From Amphiscolops sp. MND2022 (lineage: Eukaryota), in contig OZ076409.1 of NCBI GenBank assembly GCA_964187785.1, forward strand, positions 59,894,001 to 59,958,000: a DNA stretch of 64,000 nt, written 5' to 3'. Positions 38,766 to 50,360 of this stretch are shown here, in pieces. The notes under the pieces were generated by a model, which saw nothing but the letters and a program-made list of their open reading frames with translations, ran no database searches and was not told the origin of the DNA. A program made the position numbers and the translations under genes. Every line of letters begins with the position of its first letter. Position 1 is the stretch's first letter.

Positions 38766-39794
38766 CACACGAATAGCAATGGTCCGCTGTATCACCGCGC
38801 GAAGACTATGGCAGCAATATGGTGTAACCTCCCCTCCTGGAGATGGGTATCACCCAACGGCTGGTTGGTGGCTTTTGGTCACCTCTTTGGACGAAACATC
38901 ACTAGTGACTCCAGGAACTTTACTGATTTGCTTGGAAAATTTGCGTACGCTTGTAGAGTTCGAGGACACCTAGTTCGAGAGTTCCATCTAGCAGATATTT
39001 ATCGTGGGAAACTCCTCAGTCAACATTGGTTACAGCTACTAGCTATCATCTTTTGTCGCCAAGCCAAGGTACGCCTGTTAGACAAACACACGTATACATT
39101 CGAGAACCCAGTGACCGTGCTGGAAGCACTCTCCGTAGTTCCCGATTGGTCTTGCACGAACTTGGGAGACAGACCTTTACGCAGAACAGTGTGGCAAGAC
39201 CGTAAGGCCATTTTGGATCATCTCACACCAATTCAAGACAATCAAAGCACAGTCACGGGAAAACTATTGATAACGCATCCGAAGATCAAACCGAACTATC
39301 TATCATGGATCTATTACGAAGAAACTGACATTTTGCAAGCCAGGGGTACCGTAGTAATATGCTGTCCGGGAGATCTTCTGTCACACTCAGCAATGGCGCG
39401 CTACGTCATCAGGGAATATGGCCAGGAAGAAATTTTCCGACTACGCCCAGCCGTAGGAAAGGCTATTCACCTCACCAGATCACCCGCAACGCCGTTGAAT
39501 AACGAAATGTTCCTGTTAATCACCAGAGCCTCTAGTAAACACCCCATTTTACATGATGTGCTACATCTGTGCCTGATAGACCTGGTGCAGAAGCTCACAC
39601 GAGCACAAATCATCCGTATCCATCTTCCCATCTATGACCCTGAAAGATCAATCAACATGCTACCAGCTTGGTATTCAATGTTGAAAGATCATTTCATTGA
39701 TTCCAATATCGACATAGTCCTCCATGATAGGGTGTATGTATCGATTGCGTTAGTGAGGACACACCATAACCATGTAAAATACAAATTTGACTGA
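38737..39794 (+). CDS. Tandem TARG1/Poa1p-like macrodomains (probable C-terminal extension of Pol)
   Basis: 39306-39728 aligns by eye with TARG1/OARD1 along its length: IYYEETDIL, VICCPGDL..SAMA, REYG, GKAIHL, FLLITR, IHLP, HFIDSNIDIVL. A more degenerate copy spans ORFs 38737 and 38808. Confidence 0.7.
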
Positions 39795-39970
39795 ATCACT
39801 GTGGCATTAAAAAAATATGGGAGGCCACTAGTCCTGTTCTCAGCACATGTGTTGTTTGAGTCAATCTCTGAACTAGGTTTTAACGTGAATTGTCGAATCT
39901 GTTTTATCTTATTGTCTTTTAACGTTTATCATATCAATTGCAGTCATCAGCAATAGTATTTTAGTTCAAA

Positions 39971-39998
39971 TTGACGTCTGTTGTTTTCTTTTTTCTAG
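39971..39998 (+). promoter_or_regulatory. Candidate splice acceptor upstream of the accessory ORF
   Basis: TTGAC branch-like motif, then a pyrimidine tract TTGTTTTCTTTTTTC and TAG, about 105 nt before ATG 40104. Confidence 0.4.
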
Positions 39999-40103
39999 TT
40001 CAGTCCTGTCAATTCCCATGCACTTGACGCAGCCAGTCGTATATCATCATATTTGCAGTATATCCACCATAGTCATTTATCCAAGGTGCTACCTATCTCT
40101 TTA

Positions 40104-43100
40104 ATGGATCAATCGGCTAGAACCCGCATGCCAACTCCATCAACAACAAGCTCGCAACCGAGCACCAGCAGAATGGACCAATCACAACCGCCGACGATTG
40201 CCACGCAAGAAACTCCCGTGTCCTCGCTGCCTGTCGAAGAATCTCAAACCAGAATTGACCAGCTTGGTCTGGTCCAATCGACCCTACAAGAGGCCCTTTC
40301 TCCATCACTGGTGACCGGGATTGCCATACTAATTGCTCAAATGCAGTCTCTCGAAATACATCCGGACTTTACCCTCTCCATATCAATTGGAATTGGATCT
40401 TACCGCAGAACTGCGGAATTCCACAATGGTGCGTGGCAAGGTCACGATCTCACCCACCATTTTGATGACCACAGATCGCACCTGAGATATGGCGAGCCTA
40501 ATAGGCCTCCCATGGAGCAGCAACGACCTCTTCAAACGAACCTGATGCAAGCACCTGCAATATCGTCGATAACTGCCCCCGAGAGCGCCCACGACTGTCA
40601 ATCAACGCAACCATCGCCTACACAGCAATTCACATGCCTTTTGCCAACAGTGCCTCCGCCGATATTGACGCTCCACCATCATCCGCCCCAATTAGTGTCA
40701 GGCGCCTGGAAGAGAACAACAAACTCATGCTCCCTTCTTCTTTCAGGGGGGAAGGGGTAGAAGAAGCGCACACGAGCGCGCAGAACGCTGAAGATGCCAC
40801 CCAAGATACAAGCCAAAGACCGAGAACCATAATGATGCGGAACCCGCTCGACGTGCCCATCATGACAGATATGATCGGATTTTAAGACTCTTACGATGCC
40901 TTGCTACCTTCAACGTCGCAGGACCCACATCACCTAATAGGTTTTCAGGCCGACCCAGAACGCCAAGAACAACAGAAAGGCAAGCAGCCAAGGCCCCTAT
41001 CGATCTCCGCGACGTTTTGAATCGAAAGGAACAAAGCAAGATCGAACAGCTAGTCCAAAAGAAAAGGGCCAGAGACTTAGCCAATTCGGATGCAGCGAAC
41101 TCCAGCCCAAATCCCTCCCCAGTGCAACAGCCGGAGCCTAGGCGAGTGCGATTCTCTAATGAGCTCCTATCGCAGACAGAGGCACGACAGCTTGACATTG
41201 CTGCCAGAGACGCGGTGCGTCTGCAGCGAGAAGCGAAATCAGAGAATCCAGACTCAGGATTGGATGTGCAGAAATTCGAAACAGCTACCAGTAAAGGAAA
41301 CCCAGAGGATGTGGAGAACCTCGAAAAAGCAACGATCGGAATGCATTACTTGAGGCCCGTAAAGAAGCCAACACTCCTTCTGGATCGCATTCCTCCCTGG
41401 TTCGAGAGAGTAAGGGAGAATCTTCATAAAGACAAGTCATCATTGGTGAGACCACTCCCCTCCAAAGTAAAATTAGCCGTACAACGACCGGCAAGACACG
41501 ATGACCAACTGATGAGAAGCCGTGATTTCATGAGAGATGTAACAACCTTGCTCCCCATGGGCAAAGAGATGTTGCAAAAGACAAGGATTGCCTTGTTCAT
41601 GGACTCTACGATGAAAGCAACGGCGAACATGAACAACACCCTGATGGAGGACAATTCCATTCCCCCCGATCCTGATATATAGCAATATGATTGACCACTT
41701 GGCTCTTCGAGGAACGCTGAAATACTTTGAAGGAGGCAACTGTAGACTGACGGAAGAAGTAATGACAGGAGAGGTAGTTGCGTACGTCGAAGCAATGAAG
41801 AATGTGATCAGGCGGGTGCAGCGAATGAAGCCCGTCGTAGGGGTAGTCTTTGTGTCGCCCCCGGGATACGTATACTTGCCTAAACCACTCCAGCAACTGT
41901 TGTATCTAGTATCAGAAGCATCCTACTCACAAAATTTGTCATTCTACATAATAGCACCGAACCTGAGAGTGAGTGCCACAACCTGGCGTCCGGGTGAGAA
42001 CTCTTATTCTGCATTCTTGGCGGAAATCTCGAAAGCCTTGCAGGCTTGTACCGGATACGAGGGCAACTCTCAGTTGTTGCCCGATGATGCTACTGCCTTT
42101 GACTTTGGCATGCAAATGGCGCATCGCTCCTTTGATGAGAATGGAGTACGCCGAGTCAAGGAGCCTAATGAAAAGGAACGAGCAAACATGATTGACAACG
42201 GATGGTTTGAAAGGAGAGATGAGTCAACGTTAGATGAGAGGACGCACAACGCTAAATTCCACAAAGAGCTGCTAGCTCTCTTCAAGAAGACAGAAGGAAT
42301 AAAACAAACTCGGACCGACGCGACCGTTTTTCCAGTGGCGATACAAGCGATCGACGCGAAGCCCAACATGGTTTCCCCCACCCTGGTATTGTTAACAGTA
42401 TTAGCTCAGAAGACAGCGCAAGAAAACCAAATGAACCGAGAGCATTCTTACCAATCTTGGCATGAGACGCTGCAGGTGACCTTGAATGAAACAGCAGAAA
42501 GCCATGGAATTCCCTTCCCCATATTCTTGTATAATATCTCGCCATTTTGGGTACCAACGATGGTGCAGCGTGAAAGCAGCTTAGATGAGCAGCAAGTTAG
42601 ACTGTATGTAGAAGCAATGCAGAGGGCCACAATTGCTGAGATCCTGGCCTACCTGATGGCCGTTGGTCTAGGCGCCGTCTACAAGGGCCCAGTGCACCTG
42701 GTGCAAAAATTGGTCCTAGCTAAAGCCAACTCCTGTCTACTCAGTTTTCTCATATTCACCAAGAACCAGTGGAATTGGATTAACGCCATTCTAAACACCT
42801 TGGACCCCGCATGCGCTTTGAACTTGCGCGCCCAACTCGCCGAGAATATCAAAACACTATTGGCTTGGGTTTACTCAGCCTGGGTCAATGTCTCTGGCGT
42901 GATGAGCACTTTAGACGACTCGCTGAGTCAAAGACCCAATAGCAATAACCTGCCAGGTTTCCTATTCCCGTCGCAGATAGCCAGCCTCATGTTGATAGAA
43001 ACTGAAGATCTAGTCCCCATGATCGCACCCATAGTCTGGCCTATATTCGGTTCAATGATGGCCCTGAGATACCCTACACAGCCGCTTAGAGTTGCCGCAA

Positions 43101-44241
43101 AAGCACCTACATTATCTATTCTACATTTCGTGGATCCTGAAGACGACGCCAGACAACCAGATTTTCAAATGCTAGTGCGCAACTTTGCCAACTTCCGACC
43201 ACCAATGGCATACACGATTATTAAAGACAAGAAACAGGTCGAGTACAATTTCAGTGCCCTGATCCGAGCCAGAGCGCGGTGCGCTGTTCCTATGTCGCTA
43301 GAACTTCATCCAGTAGAATGGTTTCACGCTCCTGTAGAACCCAGCACTGGAGAATTGCAAGGCTTTACCAGCTGGGATGAGCCAGGTATTCTCCGAGTAC
43401 TAACCAATGCGGAACGACGCCTGGGTGGACGAAGAAAAGGCTCCACACTAGAAAGACTCCAGCATCGAGTAATACAAGATGTATCCCGAATGTACAACCC
43501 TCGAGTGACACCGCAAGCCGATACAGTCAAAATCCTGTCTGACACTACGCATTGGGCAGACCCGCCGATAGTGGACAGAATGATCCACCAAGGATTTCAA
43601 ACTCTGAAGGCGACAGTTCCGAAAATCGCAAGAGAACCCAATAGAAAGACCTTGCCCCTGAATGAAGAGATGCCGAGCAATCCACAAATGGCCATGGAAA
43701 TCTTCATGAGTCTGATAACCAAGCAGAGGGACGAAGGAAATACCGTATATGACAGTTATTCAAATGCAATTTGGACTTTCAAAGAACTATTTTTCCGATA
43801 TGGAGCCAAGACCTCGCAGACCAGCTGCCAGAACTAAGCCCAGCAGGCTCGACCTCAACGAGACAGGCAGCAGGGCACGAGGAGGTTTCTACTGCCGAAA
43901 ATACATCAACTTCCATGGTGTCAACCTCAAGTATAATCAGCATTGCAATAGCTGCAGCACCAACCAACACCGATGTATCCATCCATAACCCCGAAACAGC
44001 TAACCCAACCACAGTCAACACCACCAATGCTACTCCCAATGATCAGACAGTGCCGCTAGAAGCTTTGGAAGTCACGCCCACGTCGTTGACGAGAACACTA
44101 GCAGCCGATATCGAATTAGAATTGAACGAACTACCTAGCTTGAGTCAGCAAAACCTGCCGTCATCGGAAGTATTGGCCGTATCATTAAATGAAGTGCTGC
44201 AAGATGACGATACTACTATGGATGACACTGGCCATGAATGA
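40104..44241 (+). pseudogene. Accessory ORF in the env position (~1,380 aa reconstructed) with an SGNH/GDSL-like domain and an unknown helical domain
   Basis: Overlapping or abutting ORFs 40053, 40634, 41017, 41687 (716 aa) and 43771 tile the region on the sense strand, with about 4 frameshifts. Motifs RIALFMDS, PDI..., YVEAMKNVIRRVQRMKPVVGVVFVSPP. Confidence 0.75.
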
Positions 44242-44702
44242 AACAAGTACTGTACTCGGCTAATCAAACCAAACTAACCAAAACCGTATTACGCCTCAGC
44301 AGTTATCAAAACAATAAGTGCTATTTTAGTTAACAAAGTATTAAGATTATTTTGCTAGTGTAACTACCCGGTGGGTAGGTCCCAGCTTGGTGCCTGCCTA
44401 ACTGCCAAAACAAGTGCAATTAAAGTTTTAGTAAAAATCTCTCCGCTTCTCTGGCCAAGTGTCGCAAAAGTGCAACCACCCTTAAAAGAACTTTTAAACT
44501 AGCTTGGAACGAATGGTAAGAGTTTTTAAAGAAACTGATTTTTATTGTCCCAGAATGATCAAAAAGTGCTAAAATAAAAAGTGCTAAATCGAAATTTTGA
44601 GGTAGTAAGATCTAAGAGAAAAACTGAAAATCACGTTGCTAAAACCATTTGTAAGTAGTGATGCATCCTTCTCCGTTTGCCGAGGACGACAAACAGTTGC
44701 CC

Positions 44703-44710
44703 GGGGAGGA
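44703..44710 (+). promoter_or_regulatory. Polypurine tract of element B
   Basis: GGGGAGGA abuts the 3' LTR. Confidence 0.8.
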
Positions 44711-45416
44711 TGTAACGTCCACCAGTCAGCACCAAATTTTCGATGAAAAATTCGATCAAGGACCAGAAAGTGTGCGAATCAAAATGGCCGTCCTGGCAGG
44801 TCGTTGAAATCAAAAAGGAAGCACAAAAAAGAAGAAGACCCCCCACCCCGACCCAGAAAAGAAGAAAAGACACTGACACGATGTGGAAGAACAAGAAAAA
44901 TACTCGGATTTGTGTCATCTCCCCAGAAAAGTGCGTTTTCAATACAAAAATGTTCTGAGATCCAGATATCCCACAGCGAAGAAGATGAAGAGAATCGCGA
45001 ATTCAATAGAAACATACCAGAGGTGCCAATCTTGATTAATTCTGATGTCATTAGTATTGATTTGCAGATTTATGATGATGTCGGATCTGCCAGATCCTTG
45101 TAATGGAGTATTTAGACGTTATTTTCTGAAATAGAATGCATTTCAGCTAGAACCCTGTTTTCGGACCTCGGGAGTATGTAGGACCGCAGGAAGTCTTTAG
45201 GAACGTTTTTACATGCTTGTCCGGACTTTGAGTGCGCCGGCACGTCGCCACGGAGCTCTAATAAGAGGAGTCTCCACGGTGTTTTGGAAAAGTCCCTAGG
45301 AGACCTTTAGGGATGAAAAACTGGTATTTAGGCTTGTTATAGGACTATGGTCTCCTGTCTAAACAACCTAAGGATTGTCCCAGTTCTGGTATGTGCGTTA
45401 CTTGCTTGACGTTACA
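44711..45416 (+). repeat. 3' LTR of element B (706 bp)
   Basis: Near-identical to 26477-27182. Confidence 0.97.
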
Positions 45417-46012
45417 TATAGTTCATTCTTACTTTTATGATTTCACTAAGATGACATGGGCTCTTGGTAGGCATAAGCACGCGGTAGGGAAAATTCGAAA
45501 CAATTACATTGCAAAAGGGAGCTGGAAGCGACGAAAATTGAATTTAAAATAGTCATGAGGAAACATGTAGTCAGTTTAGAGATGACAAAACTCCACAATT
45601 TTGAACTACACTTAGGGTACCAAAAAGCAAAAGACTCCTAATACAAATCTCAAATCGCAATAAATCTGTACAAAATCAACAGACACAAAAGTCATTGGAG
45701 CAAAACTTTCTTGCATTTCATACATAACAAATGTCTTCGCTAGGTTTTGACTTCTGGTATCCGAAAGGTATCATTTGTTATCTCGAGACAAAAAGTACCT
45801 TTGACTTGGAGACTCTAGCTTTTAAATTTAACACTTTTTCACCCGTCTCTAAAATTTACACCGCAATACGATCACGAAATACGAAATCTTCAGTTTTCAC
45901 TCCGTAAAAATATTGTTTCGACAAAATTACAAGAGATTTTGGCTTTAAACTTTTGAATAAAGCATTCTCAGAGTATTTGGTAAATATGAAAGTTGAAAAC
46001 TGGTGTCACAGC

Positions 46013-49000
46013 TGTTCTATTCTAACAAACTAGATTTTAAGAAAAGAAAGGTTTCCAAAAGTTAATCTCTTTTGTAAGTCTAGATCGTAGATATCAGAAT
46101 TGTATAAATGAGATATCTAATTTAGTATTGATGTAATATGTATTTGTCAACACTAGTAGGTATTCTAGACATATAAACTAAATGGTTTGGAGTTCTTGGA
46201 ACCGAAACTCGGCAAGGTCATGAACCGGAATGAACCCGAATGTAACATTTCCCCCTCTTTCTTCTCCTCCTTCTCAGTTCTGGTTTGAGGTTCCTGGGGG
46301 TGTTCCTTCTTCTGGTAGAAAATCTGCGTGCTTTTGGATTTTCTCCGGTTGTGGTGTTCCCTTTGGTCGGATCCACAAGTTTCCTGTAACAAGTACAATT
46401 TCTTTTTAAGCATTTTATTTCTAACCCCGAAAATTTCCAGTGTATGGTATGGTACCGTGACTATTCGGTTTTTTACTATCTCTTGTGGACCGTCTTATTC
46501 TTGTTTTTATATTTTCACCCGATATCTCGTCGTCGGGATTCAGTTGTAGCGCATCTTTTTCTTCCGGGTTAGTCCGGATTGGTGCATATCGTCCATCCCG
46601 TTCTGAAGTATCATATACCTTCGGTGTTGGTGTCCCGATTTCTTCCGGCATCTCTTCATCATCATCATAATCATCTTCTTCCGTGTCGCTTGCCGTCTGT
46701 TTTCGGTTTTGGACGATCTTCAGTTTTCCGTTTAGTATATCACGGAGTATTTCACCCCATCTGCCGTATTAATCATCGAGGCCTCAGAGGCAGTGTCTGT
46801 TTTTTTGGGTTTATCTCGTCGTGGGTGTTTATTGTCGTCTCTCTTCGTGTTTTCTTCTCGGTCTGAAATAATGGTCCCGAAATAAACTCTCTGTTAATAA
46901 AATTTCCGGTATCCGTTTTTACGATATTTTCAGTTCCGCCTTTTGCGGTTTGTACAGGTCGTTTGATGGTCGTATCGGCGTCTCAGTGTGCCGGGTCGGG
47001 ATAGTGCGTTCCGTTGTTCAACAAGTCTTTTTGTCTCTGGACTGTTATTTCTTCTTCTAATAAAGTCCATAATCTCTCGGGTGGCTCCCCAGTGATAGAA
47101 GTTTTCGCGATCCATATTGTCAATGTTTTCAGTATTTGATATTTGACTAACTTTCAGAGTGCTATTATCGGACTGCCCGGATGTTGTTCTCTTGTTTTGT
47201 TCGGTTTCGTTCACGTGGTTTTTGTTCTCGAATGTTCTATTTAATTGTGATTGGTCGGTTTCATGCTCAGTTGTGTGTTTGGAGTTATTCTTTGTCCTTT
47301 CGGTGATGCAATTGCTGCGTTTTGATTGGTTCTCGAATAATTGTCCGTGTTTCAAGTTCAGTTCAGCTTGTTCGGCGAGTATATTAATTACGTATTCTTC
47401 ATCGTATTTTTCTTCCAGTGTGGCTCCCCCTACAGGATCTCTGCTGAGATAATCGGTAAATTTCAAATTACTGCCGGCTATATGTTGTATTGATATGTCA
47501 AAATGTGTTAGGTGGTCTAACCATCTCGTTAATCTTGCGCTGTATTGTTTGTTACTCCGGTTTCTTTTTATTCATGGTTCTAATGCTTGGTGGTCTGTAT
47601 ATAAGTGAACATTTTTTTTCCGTAAAGGTAGAATCAGTATTTCTCCAATTCCCCCCACGACTGCTAGCAGTTCTAAATCACCGATGGAATATTTTTTTTC
47701 GGTATCGTTCAAATATCTACTTCCGTAAGCTATTGGTTTTGTATTTCCGTTATCTTGTTTTTGCCAAATTGTAATGCCCAGTCCGGTTGTGCTAGCATCG
47801 GTTGTTACTAAATTAGCTTTATCTTTTGCGTAGTGTGCCTCCGGTTAGCATCTGTTTTATTTTTCCGAAATCTTCGTCTTGTTCGGTTCCCCAATTTAGC
47901 TTCGTTCGTTTTCAAGAGTTTCTGTAATCGGTCTGTTCTTCCCGAAAATTTCGGAAGAAAGTTAGCCATGTATTGTATTGCTCCGAGAAATGATTTTAAT
48001 TCTTTGGTATTCACCGGTGGATTCAATTTTAGTATGGCTTCAACTTTTTCTTTGTTCGGTTTTTCCGTTTCCATCAACCTCGTGGCCCAACCACTTTGTT
48101 TGTTTCATGAAGAACTCTGATATTTTCTTGCTAGCTCGGTAACCGGCTTTTTCTACCTTGTTTAGGACGTCAAATAGTTTCCTTTCGTGATCTTGTTTGC
48201 TTCCGCGTGTTACTATTATTATGTCGCCCATCCACGCTGGGGTACAGTATCCGAGCGATCGGTCAACTTTTTCTTGGAATAATGTGGATATGTCGGCAAG
48301 TCCGTAGAACCCTTTTTTATATTTAAATATATACTAAAATTTCCTCCGGTTAATGCGAATACGCATTGTCTGCTGGTTTCTTCGAATAGTTTCATTTGGC
48401 CGTAAGAGTAATCCAAGTCTATTTTAGACATGAATAGATGCATTGTCCGGTCGCGTGTTATCTCTACCAAAATTTGATGTAGCAATTCTTCCATGCTCGG
48501 CATATGTGGTCAAGGGAGTCTAATGCTATTTTACTGTCTTGTCGCTTTTTACTGTGATTACTACCGGAGATACAAAACAATCTTCGTCAACATCTTTTAT
48601 TTTCTCCAAGTGTCCGGATTTGATTAGTTTTTCTAATTCTCTTCCTACATCTTCTTGTAGGTGTAGTGGTACCGGTCGGGCTTTTTGTTTTACCGGAAAA
48701 TTTCCGGGCTTTAATTGTATTTTTATTTCGGTATCTGTTATTGTCTCGTTGTTTTCAAATAGGTCGGGAAATTTGTTTATAAGTCTCTCCTTTTCTGATT
48801 GGTTGTTTTCGGCCAATTGTATTCCGATGGTTAATCGGAATGTTTTCAACCAATCCATTCCGAGAAATGGTGTTATATCTGGCCTTTCGGTTATCAGAAT
48901 TTCCATCTTCTGTTTGTTGTTTTCGTATTCGATGTTTACCGGAATTTTTCCCCGCAATTTCACCTCGTTTTTATTTACAGCTTGGAATCGTTTTGTTATT

Positions 49001-50360
49001 TTTTGAATTTCGGCATGTTTCATGATTCTTTCGTCTGGTGGCATTATCGTTATTGGTGATCCCATGTCGATAATAAATTCTTTCTTCACTCCGTTTATTT
49101 TGATAGTTGCTGTGTAGTGTTTGTTCTTTTCTTCAATTGCTTTTGTTGCTTTGAAGTGATGTATGCTCTCTTATGATTCGCTGGTTGATTCGTTCAGTTG
49201 TTGAGTTTCGTTTTCGGTTAGTCTTTTCACTGTTCGGTTATTGTATGTTCTTTGTCTGCATGCTTTTGCAAAGTGGCCTTTCTTTCCGCTTTTGTTGCAG
49301 TTTGCTTCTAATGCCGGGCATTTGTATAACGGTGACCAGTTTGGTGCATTGCAAAATCTTCATGGTTGGTTGGTTTCCGAATTGTTTATTTTTTGGTTTT
49401 GTTCCGAATCTTTCCATTCTCTGTATCGGTTCTTTCTTTTGTTTTGATCATTTGTTTCTCTTTTGATGAGATCAATGTTTCCGGTATTGTATTCTTTTTA
49501 TTTTTCTTTTCGTATTTGTTTTGCTTTATCAGTTCGATTATCTTCTTCAGTTCCAGCGTTTTTTCTTTCATTATTTTGTCCCGTAGTTTCTTGTCGGTTA
49601 TTGCGGTCATGTATTTGGAGATTAGTAATTCTTCGGCCGAAAATGCATTCTTTTTCAATTTCGATTAGTCGTCTCCAAAAATCCTCCGGTGTTTCCTCTT
49701 CTGATTGTTTCGCCCAGAAGAAATCTCCTCAGTTTTTGTAAGCGTTCCGTTTTGGTAGGGAGTATTCGGTATATTACCGGATTAGATCTTTAATTTTTAT
49801 GCTATCCGGGTCTGAATTGTATTCTGCTCGGGTTATCTGGAAAAGTGCTTCCGGTCCCACTCCCCAGATAAAATCTTCTTGTATTGCTTGTTCTTTTGCG
49901 CCCCAACCGGAATTGGTTATGTCTTCACCTTTTAGTAAGGGTGTGATATCGATCTGGTGTTCCCGTTTTGTAAATTGTTCGAAACTTTCTAGCCATTGTC
50001 TCGGTGTGAATACCGGATTACCGTCTGTAGCTTTGGTTTCAAGATTCGGTACTATATTCTTTCCTGCCATGGTTTCCGTTCGTTGATAAGATTTCGGTTT
50101 ATTTAAAAATTCGCTGACTACGCCATGTTCTATTCTAACAAACTAGATTTTAAGAAAAGAAAGGTTTCTAAAAGTTAATCTTTTTTGTAAGTCTAGATCG
50201 TAGATATCAGAATTGTATAAATGAGATATCTAATTTTGTATTGATGTAATATGTATTTGTCAACACTAGTAGGTATTCTAGACATATAAACTAAATGGTT
50301 TGCAGTTCTTGGAACCGAAACTCGGCAAGGTCATGAACCGGAATGAACCCGAATGTAACA
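46013..50360 (-). mobile_element. Mag-like Ty3/Gypsy element lacking integrase (element C, 4348 bp)
   Basis: 235-bp LTRs (46013-46247, 50126-50360; about 4 mismatches), perfect TSD ACAGC (46008-46012, 50361-50365), minus-strand PBS TGGCGTAGTCAGC (tRNA-Ser-like, 50113-50125) and PPT AAAGAGGGGGAAA (46248-46260). Confidence 0.95.
46421..50070 (-). pseudogene. gag-pol pseudogene of element C
   Basis: Gag from ATG 50070, protease FIIDMGSP, RT (PVKQKARPVP, KIDLDYSYGQ, damaged WMGDII), RNase H ending FTDYLSRDP. No HHCC or DDE motifs. Confidence 0.9.

Larger units (their letters stand above)
26477..45416 (+). mobile_element. Giant (18.9 kb) Ty3/Gypsy LTR retrotransposon with accessory domains (element B)
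   Basis: 706-bp LTRs, PBS, PPT, domain order Gag-PR-RT-RH-IN, and extra coding regions between integrase and the 3' LTR. Confidence 0.97.

Noticed and set aside
41687..43837. Classical retroviral or errantiviral Env
   Set aside because: No signal peptide, fusion-peptide context or C-terminal transmembrane anchor is visible.
30233..44039. Many antisense ORFs within element B
   Set aside because: Shadows of the sense coding frames; no independent motifs.
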